A stretch of DNA of 62,830 bases, filler included, from Alphaproteobacteria bacterium (GTDB lineage Bacteria; Pseudomonadota; Alphaproteobacteria; Caedimonadales; UBA9215), in the NCBI GenBank assembly GCA_024280495.1. It is 5 parts of 5 records of this genome, joined end to end, with 100 filler letters (N's around TTAATTAATTAA, not from the genome) between each part and the next. Parts side by side here need not be neighbours in the genome. Positions count along the whole stretch, not along the records: positions 6,833 to 15,170 come from JAJRPZ010000012.1; positions 15,271 to 33,415 come from JAJRPZ010000013.1; 3 more parts are not named here. One strand, written 5' to 3'. The position numbers and the translations under genes are program-made. Under the pieces are notes generated by a model. The model was not told the DNA's origin. It worked only from the letters and a program-made list of their open reading frames with translations, and did not search any database. This document shows, piece after piece, positions 10,395 to 21,338 of the stretch (positions are counted from its first letter, which is position 1; the number at the start of each line of letters is the position of its first letter).

Positions 10395-12158
10395 TTGAAC
10401 ATGGTTTCGGAAACATCGACGAAAACAACTTCATCAAAAAAAAATGCGACAAAAATTAACAAAAATCCAGATCAACCTTGGTTGAAATCTTATCCAAAGG
10501 GCGTTGATTGGCACGCAGAAGTGCCTACGTCGGCTTTATATGATATTTTTGACTCCGCTGTTAATAAATATGCCTCCCGCCATTTTATTGATTTTTTAGG
10601 TAAAAAATACACTTATGGCGAAATTTCAAATCTTGTGGATCATGTGGCGAAAGGTTTGCAAGATATCGGGGTTAAAAAAGGCACACGGGTTGGTCTGTTT
10701 TTACCAAACTGTCCTGTGTATGTGATGTTTTACTATGCCATCGTGCGTATTGGTGGAACTGTTGCAAATTTTTCCCCTTTGTATGCTTCCCGTGAGGTTT
10801 CCCATCAAATAGATGACTCAAATATCGAACATATGGTGACTTTGGATCTTGAACTCTTATATCCTAAAATTTACTCTATGCTGGACAAAACTTGTTTAAA
10901 ATCAGTCATTGTTTGTCCTTTAAAGGAACAACTCCCTTTTCCAAAAAATGTCTTGTTTCCCCTTTTAAAATCCAAGGAAATTGCGAAAATCCATAAGTCT
11001 GACGCGCGGGTTCATACTTTTAAGTCCATGATTCAAAATAGTGGAAAACCTAAGGCTGTATCCATTAACCATCAAGAAGATGTGGCACTCATTCAATATA
11101 CTGGTGGAACAACGGGACTTCCAAAAGGTGCAATGTTAACCCATGCTAATGTGACGGCCAATGCAAGCCAAGCTCGTATGTGGATTACTTCCGATGAAAC
11201 AGATTCTCAGGAAAAAGTGTTGGCGGCCCTTCCTTTATTCCATGTTTTTGCCATGACGGCAGTTATGAATTTGGCCACGAAAACGGGGGCAGAAATAGTG
11301 ATGATGTTTCCGCGCTTTAATCCAGAAGATGCCATGAAAATGATTGCCAAGCATAAAATCTCGATGTTCCCAGCGGTTCCAACTATTTATAATCTCATTG
11401 CTAATCACCCTGATGTTTCTAAGTATGACCTTTCTTCTGTAAAAATTTGTTTGTCTGGTGGTGCCGCATTACCCGTTGAGGTTAAACGTCAATTTGAATC
11501 TTTGACTGGATGTAGTGTTGTCGAAGCTTATGGATTGAGTGAAACGTCTCCTGCTGCGACGGCAAATCCAGTAGTTGGTGGTCTTGATAAAAAATCTTCC
11601 ATTGGGTTGCCTTTTCCTGGTACGACCATTAAAATTATGTCCCTTGAAGATCCTCTAAAAGAAGTAGCCCTTGGTGAAAAAGGAGAGATTTGTATTTCTG
11701 GCCCCCAAGTCATGAAGGGCTATTGGAATCGTCCTGCTGAAACAGGCGCCTGTCTTGTGAACGGTCTTTTTCATACAGGGGATGTTGGCTATATGGATGA
11801 TGATGGATATACATTCCTAGTGGATCGCATTAAAGATTTGATTATTTGTAGTGGTTATAATGTTTATCCTCGTGTGGTTGAAGAGGCAATTTATCTTCAC
11901 CCAAGTGTTGAAGAGACAACAGTTATTGGCGTGCCTGATAAAAAACGTGGGGAAACGCCAAAGGCATTTTTGAAATTAAAAGCTGGAAAAAATCTGACTG
12001 AAGGTGAATTACTGACCTTTCTTGAAGATAAACTTTCTCCCATTGAAATGCCAAAGTTGATTGAATTTCGTGAAGAACTTCCAAAAACCATCATCGGCAA
12101 GCTTTCCAAGAAAGAATTGGTTGCTGAAGAATTGGCGAAACAAAAAAATAGCCCCTAA
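10395..12158 (+). CDS. fadD: Long-chain-fatty-acid--CoA ligase
   Basis: QPWLKSYP, QYTGGTTGLPKGAMLTH, YGLSETSP, HTGD, DRIKD. Confidence 0.95.
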   Translation: MNMVSETSTKTTSSKKNATKINKNPDQPWLKSYPKGVDWHAEVPTSALYDIFDSAVNKYASRHFIDFLGKKYTYGEISNLVDHVAKGLQDIGVKKGTRVGLFLPNCPVYVMFYYAIVRIGGTVANFSPLYASREVSHQIDDSNIEHMVTLDLELLYPKIYSMLDKTCLKSVIVCPLKEQLPFPKNVLFPLLKSKEIAKIHKSDARVHTFKSMIQNSGKPKAVSINHQEDVALIQYTGGTTGLPKGAMLTHANVTANASQARMWITSDETDSQEKVLAALPLFHVFAMTAVMNLATKTGAEIVMMFPRFNPEDAMKMIAKHKISMFPAVPTIYNLIANHPDVSKYDLSSVKICLSGGAALPVEVKRQFESLTGCSVVEAYGLSETSPAATANPVVGGLDKKSSIGLPFPGTTIKIMSLEDPLKEVALGEKGEICISGPQVMKGYWNRPAETGACLVNGLFHTGDVGYMDDDGYTFLVDRIKDLIICSGYNVYPRVVEEAIYLHPSVEETTVIGVPDKKRGETPKAFLKLKAGKNLTEGELLTFLEDKLSPIEMPKLIEFREELPKTIIGKLSKKELVAEELAKQKNSP

Positions 12159-12244
12159 AAACAAAAAAGTACGTGCGTTGGGCGCAAATTTGACGCACAC
12201 TTAACATGGAATAAATAATAAAAACAATTCGGGAGATTTCGCTT

Positions 12245-13381
12245 ATGAAACAAGCAGTTATCGCAGGTTATGTGCGCACACCATTTCACTTTGGAAACAA
12301 GGGTGATATGAAAAAATTACGAGCGGATGATATGGCCGCAATGGCTATCAAAGGATTGATCAAAAAGACTGGTGTAAGTCCTGAAAATATCGAAGATTTG
12401 ATGCTTGGGTGTGCCTTCCCAGAGGGTGAACAAGGCTTGAACCTTGCACGCCTTATTGTATTGAATTCGGAACTTCCCGATAGTATTGGTGGCGTGACCA
12501 TGAACCGTTTTTGTGGCTCGTCTATGCAAGCTATTCATTCAGCAGCTGGAGCCATTGCCTGTGGTGCAGGAGATGTGTTTATTTGTGCCGGGGTTGAGTC
12601 CATGAGCCGCGTCCCTATGGGAGGCTTTAACCCCATGCCAAATCCTAGTTTATATGAACGCCGTGAAGAAGCTTATATTTCCATGGGAGATACCGCTGAA
12701 AACCTCGCCAATCTTTATAAAATTAGCCGTGAAACTCAAGACAAATTCGCCGTTGAGAGCCAGAAAAAAGCTGCTGCTGCCCGTGAAAATGGGAGTTTTA
12801 AAGACGAAATTATCCCCGTCACAGTACGGGGTGTGGAAATTTCTGAAGACGGTTGTATTCGTCCAGACTCAACGGTTGAAGGCCTTGCAGGTCTCAAACC
12901 CGCCTTTGATGAAAAGGGAAGTGTGACGGCTGGAACGGCCTCACCCATTACCGATGGCGCGGCTGCAACATTGGTTTGCTCCGAAGACTATGCTGAAAAA
13001 CATGGGTTAACGGTCATGGCAAAAATCAAATCTTTTGCAATTTCTGGTTGCGCTCCTGAAATTATGGGAATTGGGCCCGTTAAAGCCTCTCAAAAAGCCC
13101 TTGAACGCGCGGGGCTCAGCATTGATGATATTGATATTATTGAATTGAATGAAGCTTTTTCTTCTCAGGCCCTTGCTTGTATTCATGATCTAAAACTAGA
13201 TCAATCAAAAATTAACCTTGATGGCGGTGCCATTGCCATTGGTCACCCTCTTGGGGCCACTGGAGCACGTATCACTGGTAAACTTGCGGCTCTGTTGCAA
13301 CGGGAAGGTAAAAAATATGGTTTGGCCACACAATGTATTGGTGGAGGTCAAGGTATCGCAACTATCCTTGAAAGGGTTTAA
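12245..13381 (+). CDS. fadA: Acetyl-CoA C-acyltransferase (3-ketoacyl-CoA thiolase)
   Basis: NRFCGSS, NEAF, GHPLGATG, CIGGGQG. Confidence 0.93.
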   Translation: MKQAVIAGYVRTPFHFGNKGDMKKLRADDMAAMAIKGLIKKTGVSPENIEDLMLGCAFPEGEQGLNLARLIVLNSELPDSIGGVTMNRFCGSSMQAIHSAAGAIACGAGDVFICAGVESMSRVPMGGFNPMPNPSLYERREEAYISMGDTAENLANLYKISRETQDKFAVESQKKAAAARENGSFKDEIIPVTVRGVEISEDGCIRPDSTVEGLAGLKPAFDEKGSVTAGTASPITDGAAATLVCSEDYAEKHGLTVMAKIKSFAISGCAPEIMGIGPVKASQKALERAGLSIDDIDIIELNEAFSSQALACIHDLKLDQSKINLDGGAIAIGHPLGATGARITGKLAALLQREGKKYGLATQCIGGGQGIATILERV

Positions 13382-13383
13382 AA

Positions 13384-15170
13384 ATGACTGATATTAAATC
13401 TGTTGCTGTTTTAGGTTCTGGTGTTATGGGGGCAGGCATTGCTGCTCACCTTGCCAATGCTGGTGTTGACGTTCTTTTATTGGATCTTCCTCAAAAAGGT
13501 TTGGGTAAAAAAAATGCCACGGCTAAAAATGCCATTGAAAAATTAAAAAAATCAAATCCAGCTGCTTTTATGAGTAAAGATAAGGTAAAGCTTATCACTC
13601 CTGGTAACTTTGACGATGACCTGAAAAAGGTCAAGGATATGGATTGGGTGATCGAAGTCGTTGTGGAACGCCTTGATATAAAACAAAGCCTTTATGAGAA
13701 AATCGAAGAATTTCGTGGCCCAAATACGATTATATCTTCCAACACTTCTACTATTCCTCTCGCGAGCCTTGTTGAAGGGCGCAGTGATGATTTTAAAAAG
13801 CATTTTTTGGTCACACACTTTTTTAATCCTCCACGTTATATGCGTTTGCTCGAGGTTGTTAAGGGTGTTGATACGGATCCGAAAATTGCTCATGCCATCG
13901 CGGATTTCTGTGATCGTCGTTTGGGTAAGGACATCGTTGACTGTCATGATACACCAGGTTTTATCGCCAATCGTATTGGAACTTACTGGCTCCAAACCGC
14001 TTTGTTGGAAGCCATGGAAAAAGATATGACTGTTGAAGAAGTTGATGCTTTGTTTGGGCGTCCCATGGGCATTCCAAAAACAGGTGTATTTGCCTTGATG
14101 GACCTTGTGGGTCTTGATTTGATGCCTTTGATCGGGAAAAGCATGAAGGCAGTTTTGCCTGCTTCTGATCCTTATGTCCAAAGTTATGCGGAACCTGAAC
14201 TCGTGAGTACTATGATTGCCGATGGGTATACGGGCCGTAAAGGAAAAGGGGGTTTTTATCGCCTCAATAGAGAAAATGGCAAAAAAATTAAAGAAGCTAT
14301 AAATCTTAAGACAAGTGATTATGCACCAGCGGTTAAAAAGCCCAATCTTGCTTGTTTATCCGTGTCAAAACAAGGTCTTGATAAGATGTTATCCTATGGT
14401 GATCGCGGTGGTGATTATGCATGGTCAGTTTTGTCTAAGGTTTTGCATTATGCAGTGTCCCTTGTGCCAGAAATTGCCGATAACCTTTATGCTGTCGATC
14501 AAGCTATGAAGGCAGGCTATAATTGGAAATACGGTCCTTTTGAATTGATTGACCGTATGGGCGCTAAATGGTTCGCGGATAAATTAAAGGCTGAGGGCCG
14601 TGATATACCTAGTCTCCTTCAAAAAGTAGGCACGGGCACATTCTTTCGTATTCACGATGAAAAACCTCAATATATGGCCGTTGATGGATCTTATGTTGAT
14701 GCACCGCGCCGCACTGGCGTTGTGTTGTTGAGCGATATTAAATTGCGCTCTAAACCTGTTGAGCGTAATCCTTCAGCCTCCCTTTGGCATGTTGGTGATG
14801 ATGTTCTTTGCCTTGAATTTACAAGCAAGCAAAATTCCATCGATTTTGATATTATTGCTATGATGGACACGGCCATTGACCTTTGTGAGTCTGGAAAATA
14901 TAAGGCCCTAATCATTCATAATGGCGGAACTAATTTTTCAGTTGGTGCAAACATTGGGCTGGCTCTATTTGCTGCTAATGTTGGGATGTGGGATCTGATT
15001 GCGCAGTTGGTAAAAAAAGGTCAGTCCGTTTATCAACGCCTTAAGCATTCAAATGTCCCTGTGGTTTCTGCATCAACGGGTATGGCGCTTGGCGGCGGTT
15101 GTGAAGTTTTATTGCATTCTAATGCAGTACAAGCCCATGCTGAGTCTTATATTGGTTTGGTTGAAGTTGG
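13384..15170 (+). CDS. 3-hydroxyacyl-CoA dehydrogenase / enoyl-CoA hydratase fusion (FadN-type order), truncated by gap
   Basis: GSGVMGAGIA, SNTST, HFFNPPRYM, DTPGFIANR, then crotonase NFSVGAN, ALGGGCE. Confidence 0.92.
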
Positions 15171-15270
15171 NNNNNNNNNNNNNNNNNNNNNNNNNNNNNN
15201 NNNNNNNNNNNNNNTTAATTAATTAANNNNNNNNNNNNNNNNNNNNNNNNNNNNNNNNNNNNNNNNNNNN
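15171..15270. other. Artificial contig linker
   Basis: N-run + TTAATTAATTAA + N-run. Confidence 0.99.
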
Positions 15271-15616
15271 GAAGCCCCTCTTGTATGAGTTGTAAGGCTG
15301 GTTGGTAAGTAGTGGTGTTTTTTTGGGGAATACTGTAGGTAAGGGATTCGATAATGGGGAGCCCTGCGCCTAAAAGTTGTGTGACGGATTGAAAAAAAGA
15401 GAGATGTGCCGAGGGGGAAATCTTTTTTGTATAAAAAATATTTAAAAAAGGCCGCACTGGCTTTAATTTGAGAAGGATCGCATTTTTTTTCTCCATAAGA
15501 TTCTGGATGTTGTCCTGTGCTTCTTCAAGGGATGAAGCATTAACAACTCCACGCTCGGAATAAGACTCCGTTGATTGAGCCTTCATAGCCTTAAATTTAT
15601 AGGCATAAAAAACCAC
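15271..15616 (-). CDS. GspF/PilC-family inner-membrane platform protein (N-terminal part, truncated by gap)
   Basis: YKFKA...ERGVVNASSLEEA, FFQSVTQLLGAGLPIIESL; downstream of GspE/PilB. Confidence 0.85.
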
Positions 15617-15634
15617 TTGTATGGGCCCTTTTTT

Positions 15635-17317
15635 TTATTGCTCTTTTGTCTCTTCCTCAGTCTTTTCTTCAAGGGAAAGAACCCGTTGGACACTTTCTAT
15701 GGTTAGGTCTCCCCGTGCAATATAGTCTTTAGCTTGCTGTTGCATTGATACAAAGCCATGTTTTTCTGCATTTTTTTGTAAGACGTAAAAAGGCTCTTGT
15801 CTCATAAAGAGTGTATCTAGTTCTGAGGTAACATTGAGAACTTCCACAAGGGGAAGCCGTCCCTTTTTTGCACCTCGTTTTTTATTGAGGGGACGTTTGG
15901 CTAGGCGTTGGGAAATAATGCAATTTAAATGCCCAGAAAGAAGGTGCGGATCAATGCCTAGGTCAATGAGACGACTGGGAACAGACAACGTTGAGTTCGT
16001 GTGAAGGGTCGTTAAAACGAGATGCCCCGTCATCGCAGCACGCAAAGCCATTTTTGCCGTGTCCTCGTCCCTAATTTCTCCGATCAGAAGAACATCTGGA
16101 TCCTGGCGCAATAGAGAACGTACACCTGTGGAAAAATCAAAATCAATTTCTGGTTGCACTTGAGTTTGCCTGATATGAGGAAGGGTATATTCAATGGGGT
16201 CCTCAAGGGTCATAATGTTTTTGTTTTGCTCTTTAAGATAGGAAAGCATTGAATAAAGGGTCGTTGTTTTTCCAGATCCAGTGGGTCCTGTCATAATAAT
16301 CATGCCGTAGGGTTGCATGAGGTTTTTTTTGATCTGTTTGATATGATTTTCTGCAAATCCTAATTCATCAAGTTCCATAAAAGAGTGGAGGCGGTCTAAG
16401 ATTCTAAGGACAAAATTTTCCCCCGTAGATATAGGATGGGTGGACGCCCGAAAATCAATATCACGGCCAGCAGTTGTTAGGGAAAAGCGCCCTGATTGGG
16501 GAAGGCGTTTTTCAGCAATATTCATACCAGACATGATTTTGAGGCGCGATAAAATTTGTGGCCAAAATTCTATGTGCTTGAGGCGATATTTTTCCAAGTC
16601 ACCATGGATGCGTAAAGAGACATTAACGCAGAGTTTTTCTGGGGAAAAATGGATATCTGACGCTTTACCTTTAAGGGCGCCTTCGATAATACTGTCGATA
16701 AATTGAACGGGGTTTTCAGCGGGTTCTTGAGTGCTGGTGGTGGTTGGTTTTTCTGTGATATAAAAGACATCATTTATGCTTTCCTGGAGTTGATTTTTGA
16801 GGTGTTCTTTTTTCCAGGGAGCGTCTTCTAAGATTTGAAAAATAGTACGTTCAAAGGCCCCTTGAAATGTCACCTTATAATTTTTGAATAACCGTGAGAT
16901 TTTATCTTTTATTTCAATATCAAGTAAATCCGTAATGAGAACTGAAAGTTCTTTTTTTGAGGAATCTAGTTTTAGGGGAGCTATTTTAAAATCATAAAAG
17001 CTGTCTTTATTACTTTCACAAATGTCAGCAATGTCATACAAGGAAGTTGGTTGATCATACTCAATTTTATCCTTGATAGATTCTTCATAAAAGATACCCT
17101 CCACCTCTTTGCAGGACCACTTAAGGTATCCTTCTTCAGAGATAAAGGAAGCATCAAGGAGAATTTTTCGAAGGGAACGCGGTGTTAATTTTTGCTCATA
17201 TTGGACTATTTTTAGTTCTTGAGCTGTCAACAAGCCAGTATTAACAAGGTGTTGGGCGTAGTCCGTGTTTTCTGAAGAAGGAGAAGGTGTTATTTGTCGT
17301 TGTGCTACGCTGGTCAT
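15635..17317 (-). CDS. GspE/PilB-family secretion/pilus assembly ATPase
   Basis: ASDIHF, IAEKRLPQSG, GPTGSGKTTT, TLEDPIEY, LRQDPDVLLIGEIRD, TGHLVLTTLH. Confidence 0.95.
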   Translation of the reverse strand: MTSVAQRQITPSPSSENTDYAQHLVNTGLLTAQELKIVQYEQKLTPRSLRKILLDASFISEEGYLKWSCKEVEGIFYEESIKDKIEYDQPTSLYDIADICESNKDSFYDFKIAPLKLDSSKKELSVLITDLLDIEIKDKISRLFKNYKVTFQGAFERTIFQILEDAPWKKEHLKNQLQESINDVFYITEKPTTTSTQEPAENPVQFIDSIIEGALKGKASDIHFSPEKLCVNVSLRIHGDLEKYRLKHIEFWPQILSRLKIMSGMNIAEKRLPQSGRFSLTTAGRDIDFRASTHPISTGENFVLRILDRLHSFMELDELGFAENHIKQIKKNLMQPYGMIIMTGPTGSGKTTTLYSMLSYLKEQNKNIMTLEDPIEYTLPHIRQTQVQPEIDFDFSTGVRSLLRQDPDVLLIGEIRDEDTAKMALRAAMTGHLVLTTLHTNSTLSVPSRLIDLGIDPHLLSGHLNCIISQRLAKRPLNKKRGAKKGRLPLVEVLNVTSELDTLFMRQEPFYVLQKNAEKHGFVSMQQQAKDYIARGDLTIESVQRVLSLEEKTEEETKEQ

Positions 17318-17436
17318 AATTTTCCCTGTTTTTATATCAATCTTTTTCTGAGTTTACGGATAATAACCCCTCCTTACAACGGTATAATTTTATGATATAT
17401 TATTAGGAAGGTTAGATGCTTTTTCTGGGAGGATAC

Positions 17437-17811
17437 ATGGCACACATATTGATCGTTGAAGATAACGAGATGAATCGGGATATGCTTTCTCGTCGTTTGA
17501 TGCGCAAAGGATACGAAATCACTATTGCAGTGGATGGTCAGGAAGGTGTTGAGCAATCAAAAATAATCAAGCCCGACCTTATTCTCATGGATATGAGTCT
17601 TCCTAAAATTGATGGATGGCAAGCAACTAAACTTGTGAAATCCAACCCCGAAACAAAACTAATTCCTGTTATTGCTCTCACGGCCCATGCCATGGCCGAA
17701 GATCGTGAAAAAGCTCTTGCGGCTGGGTGTGACGATTATGATACAAAACCCGTTGAATTGCCGCGATTGTTGGAGAAAATTCAAACTCTTTTAGCAAAAA
17801 ATCTTTTGTAA
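17437..17811 (+). CDS. Single-domain response regulator (DivK/CheY-like)
   Basis: ILIVEDN, PDLILMD, ALTAHAM, TKP; RBS ggagga before ATG 17437. Confidence 0.92.
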   Translation: MAHILIVEDNEMNRDMLSRRLMRKGYEITIAVDGQEGVEQSKIIKPDLILMDMSLPKIDGWQATKLVKSNPETKLIPVIALTAHAMAEDREKALAAGCDDYDTKPVELPRLLEKIQTLLAKNLL

Positions 17812-17844
17812 ATTCACTAAAATAATAGAGATATAGAGGACCCT

Positions 17845-19656
17845 ATGACTTTAGAAGTTAAAACAAATTCCCAAGGCAAATTTGGTAAAATATCAACTTT
17901 TATAAAAACCCTTTCTATTTTTCGTGAAAAATACACGGGCCTTTTGGGTAAAATGAAAGATGTTGATGTTTTACTTTCTCCCTTGAAAGATGAGCAGTTG
18001 GTGCGAGATTATGAAAATGCAAAGGTCGCCCTTCAAAAATATGTAGACCTTATTCAAAAATGTGAAGCCCCTGAAAGGCAAGAGCTTTTATGGGATGTTG
18101 ATTATTTTCGAGAGGTGCGCCATGATTTGCGTGCCGCCATTGGGGGGATTATGGGGTATGTGGAGCTCATAAAAGACTCCTTGGAAGATATGAATGCAGA
18201 TAAAAATATTATGGAAGCTCTGCAATCCCTTCATTCCCTTGCCTCAAGGGTTTTGCCTATTATTGATGGTTTTGTGCATGATCAACCTTCAATGGAAAAG
18301 ACCGAGAATGAGACTAATTACAAAATTTCTATTTTAACGGGAAATATTCTTATTGTTGATGATAGTGAGCAAAAACGAGATCTTTTGAAGCGTAAGCTAG
18401 AATCCATTGGTCATACTGTCATTATGGCAAAAAATGGCGAGGAAGGACTCGAAAAAATCAGTGTTTATGCGCCAGATATGGTTCTGTTAGATTTATTTAT
18501 GCCAAAATTAAATGGTGATGAAGTCCTTAAAAGAATGAAAGCAGACAACCATTTAAAGAATATTCCCGTTTTAATGGTTTCATCATCTAATGATATGGAT
18601 AACGTTATTAAGTGTATTCAGCTAGGAGCCGATGATTATCTATCTATGCCTTTGAATACAACACTTTTGCATGCGCGTATTAATGCTTGTCTCACCAAAA
18701 AAAGAGCCAGAGATCGAGAAATTCAGGTATCAAATGAGCTTGAGCAAGCAAGAATACGCCTCAAAACAGCCATTGATAATATCGACGAAGGCTTTGCTGT
18801 TTTTGACGAGAATGATAAGCTCATTGTTCATAATCAGGGTTTTTATAATTTATATCCTGGTTTGTGGCATTTCGCGGGTCTCTCTTGTACCTATGAACAG
18901 TTGTTGCGTGCCAATATAGAACAAGGTGTCTATCAAGAAAATCGTCGTGGAAAAAAAAACGATGATAGTCAACTGAAGACCGATGATTGGATAAAACTTA
19001 AGATGAGTTATCATCGTCATCCATCCAGACCACAATTAGATCTTTTATCTTCTGGAAAATGGGTTGAGGTCATCGAAAATAAAATTCCTGGTGGGGGGGT
19101 AGTTTCCATTCATAAGGATATTTCCATTGCTAAAAAGAAAGAAGAGCGTCTTGAATATCTTGCCCTTCATGATGGTTTAACTGGTCTTTCTAATCGTAAA
19201 AAATTTGATTTAACACTTTCTGCTTTATGCACATCCTATCAAAAGAAAGAAACAGGAGATTTCGGTGTTGTTTTCTTTGACCTTGATGGTTTTAAAAATG
19301 TGAATGATACCTTGGGTCATGATTTTGGAGATTTTTTATTGCAAACCGTTGCTAAAAAATTAACACAAAGTGTCCGTGAGGAAGACCTCGTTGCCCGTTT
19401 TGGTGGGGATGAATTTGCTGCTCTTATTACTGATTTATCGTCTAAGGATCAAATTATTCAAGTGGCAGAGCGGTGCCTCAAGGCCATTGGAAAACATGTT
19501 GAAAAAAATGGTAAAATAGCAAAATTTGGTGTTAGCATAGGGATCGCTTTGTGCCCAGAAAATGGCCAAGATCCCGAAATTCTTTTGAAAAAGGCCGATA
19601 CGGCTATGTATGATGCTAAAAAATCAGGAAAGGGAACATACCGCGTCGCGGGCTGA
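17845..19656 (+). CDS. Diguanylate cyclase with HisKA-like helix, REC, PAS and GGDEF domains
   Basis: VRHDLRAAIGGIMGY; ILIVDD..PDMVLLD; AIDNIDEGFAVFD; HDGLTGLSNR, DLDGFKNVND, RFGGDEF. Confidence 0.9.
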   Translation: MTLEVKTNSQGKFGKISTFIKTLSIFREKYTGLLGKMKDVDVLLSPLKDEQLVRDYENAKVALQKYVDLIQKCEAPERQELLWDVDYFREVRHDLRAAIGGIMGYVELIKDSLEDMNADKNIMEALQSLHSLASRVLPIIDGFVHDQPSMEKTENETNYKISILTGNILIVDDSEQKRDLLKRKLESIGHTVIMAKNGEEGLEKISVYAPDMVLLDLFMPKLNGDEVLKRMKADNHLKNIPVLMVSSSNDMDNVIKCIQLGADDYLSMPLNTTLLHARINACLTKKRARDREIQVSNELEQARIRLKTAIDNIDEGFAVFDENDKLIVHNQGFYNLYPGLWHFAGLSCTYEQLLRANIEQGVYQENRRGKKNDDSQLKTDDWIKLKMSYHRHPSRPQLDLLSSGKWVEVIENKIPGGGVVSIHKDISIAKKKEERLEYLALHDGLTGLSNRKKFDLTLSALCTSYQKKETGDFGVVFFDLDGFKNVNDTLGHDFGDFLLQTVAKKLTQSVREEDLVARFGGDEFAALITDLSSKDQIIQVAERCLKAIGKHVEKNGKIAKFGVSIGIALCPENGQDPEILLKKADTAMYDAKKSGKGTYRVAG

Positions 19657-19671
19657 TTTGGAATGACTGTG

Positions 19672-21117
19672 TTAATGCAGCCATTTTAAAAGAAATCTCA
19701 CAATTTTTTTTGTCAGTGGGTCATAGAGTTTTGGGGTGAAAAAACTCCCAGAAATGCGTTTTGATGATTCTGATCTCGTGGGGTAGGGGGTTATGGTGTT
19801 TGCCATTTGCCCAAGTTTCAATCCATTTTGAATGGCTATAACCCAGGGAAAAATGAGATCTCCTGCACCAAGCCCAACAATGCTACATCCTAAAATTTTT
19901 CCTTTTGTTGTGCATATTACTTTGATAAGACCCTCAGTATTTCGTTCCGTAATGGCGCGATCATTTTCTGAAAAAGGAAAGCGTAATACTTGAGTTTTTT
20001 TACCAAATTTTCCACGAGCTTGTTCTTCATTGAGACCTACGTGGGCCAGCTCTGGGTCACAATAGGTAACCCAAGGAATAGTCATGGGACTTATGGAGAT
20101 GTCAATTTTAGCAGGTAATTTAAACAAAATATTGCGGATAACAATCCCTGCATGATATCCAGCTACATGGGTAAATTGAAGATGCCCGATACAATCGCCA
20201 ATGGCATAAATATGTTTTATTGACGTTTGCAAGCGCGTGTTGACTTGAATGCCTTTTGACGTGTGTTTTATATTTCCTTGGTCAAGGCCTAAAGCCTTAA
20301 GGTTAGGTGCCCGCCCCGTTGCAATGAGAAGGTCACTTCCTTTGATTGTGGCGGCATTTGTTTTTACGGTAATTATTTCGCCTGCCTTTGAAACAGTTTC
20401 TACAAAATTCCCTTCAATGAAGTTAACGCCTTCTTTTGCGAGGTTTTTCTTCATAATACTTACCAATTCAGAGTCATCATGGGGCATGATTACTTTATCA
20501 ATCACTGTGACCTTTGCGCCAAGACGTTGGTGAGCTTGTGCCATCTCCATGCCAATGGGACCACCTCCAATAATGATTAGGTGTTCTGGGCATTCTGTTT
20601 GGTTGAAAATTGTTTCATTGGTGAGATAGGGAGTCTCTTTCAATCCTTGAATAGGGGGAATCAGGGCGTGGCTTCCAGTTGCAATGACAAAACGTTTGGC
20701 GCGGATGAGAGAGTGCCCTGCTTTGACAGTTTTTGAATCTATAAAAACGCCTAATTCCTTGATAACATTAACACTAAGACTCTCGAAACGCTCTTTTGAA
20801 TCATGGGGAGCGATGGTGTTAATGATCTCTTTGACATGAGTGAGAACATCTTTAAAATTTATTTTTGGGTCATGGGATTTCACACCGAATTTACTTGATG
20901 AGCGATGTGTTTGTGCTGTTTTAGCCGCTGCCAAAAGGGCTTTTGAAGGAATACACCCTGTATTTAAACAGTCACCACCCATTTTGCCTTTCTCAATGAG
21001 GACGACATCGGCCCCCATTTGAGAAGCACCTGCCGCAACGCTTAAGCCGCCAGAGCCAGCACCAATAATACAAATATCAGTGAGGATAGTTTCTTTTATG
21101 GCTATACCGTGACCCAT
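19672..21117 (-). CDS. Class I pyridine nucleotide-disulfide oxidoreductase (Lpd/MerA-like)
   Basis: GAGSGG, GGDCLNTGCIPSK, GGGPIG, YAIGD; lacks MerA C-terminal CC and Lpd HPT..E His. Confidence 0.88.
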   Translation of the reverse strand: MGHGIAIKETILTDICIIGAGSGGLSVAAGASQMGADVVLIEKGKMGGDCLNTGCIPSKALLAAAKTAQTHRSSSKFGVKSHDPKINFKDVLTHVKEIINTIAPHDSKERFESLSVNVIKELGVFIDSKTVKAGHSLIRAKRFVIATGSHALIPPIQGLKETPYLTNETIFNQTECPEHLIIIGGGPIGMEMAQAHQRLGAKVTVIDKVIMPHDDSELVSIMKKNLAKEGVNFIEGNFVETVSKAGEIITVKTNAATIKGSDLLIATGRAPNLKALGLDQGNIKHTSKGIQVNTRLQTSIKHIYAIGDCIGHLQFTHVAGYHAGIVIRNILFKLPAKIDISISPMTIPWVTYCDPELAHVGLNEEQARGKFGKKTQVLRFPFSENDRAITERNTEGLIKVICTTKGKILGCSIVGLGAGDLIFPWVIAIQNGLKLGQMANTITPYPTRSESSKRISGSFFTPKLYDPLTKKIVRFLLKWLH

Positions 21118-21259
21118 GGTGTTTAATTTCCCTGTATACTTTCTTTTGAATGATATCAGGTCGCCCTTGTTCTCAAAAGGAAAAAGAAGTTGACTTTGAG
21201 GGGAAAAATTCGTAGAAAGAGATATGTTTTAAGTGATTTTCTCTAGGAAGGTCGCATTT

Positions 21260-21296
21260 CATCAGTTGGCGAGTTTCGCTCACTGGTGTCTTTTTT
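21260..21296 (+). promoter_or_regulatory. Structured leader hairpin upstream of ffh (possible ffh leader RNA / attenuator)
   Basis: catcagt..ggcga gtt tcgct..actggtg stem followed by T6, ~45 nt before ffh start. Confidence 0.45.
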
Positions 21297-21338
21297 GTGG
21301 TGTTTTTTTGATATCTAAGAGAATAGGAAATAAGCAAC

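Noticed and set aside
13552..14181. 209-aa antisense ORF and many other short overlapping ORFs (e.g. 21173-21544, 27737-28117, 49170-49592)
   Set aside because: Shadow frames of well-supported genes, with no recognisable motifs
19672..21117. Mercuric reductase or true dihydrolipoamide dehydrogenase call
   Set aside because: Lacks the MerA C-terminal Cys pair and the Lpd catalytic His (reads YPTRSE)
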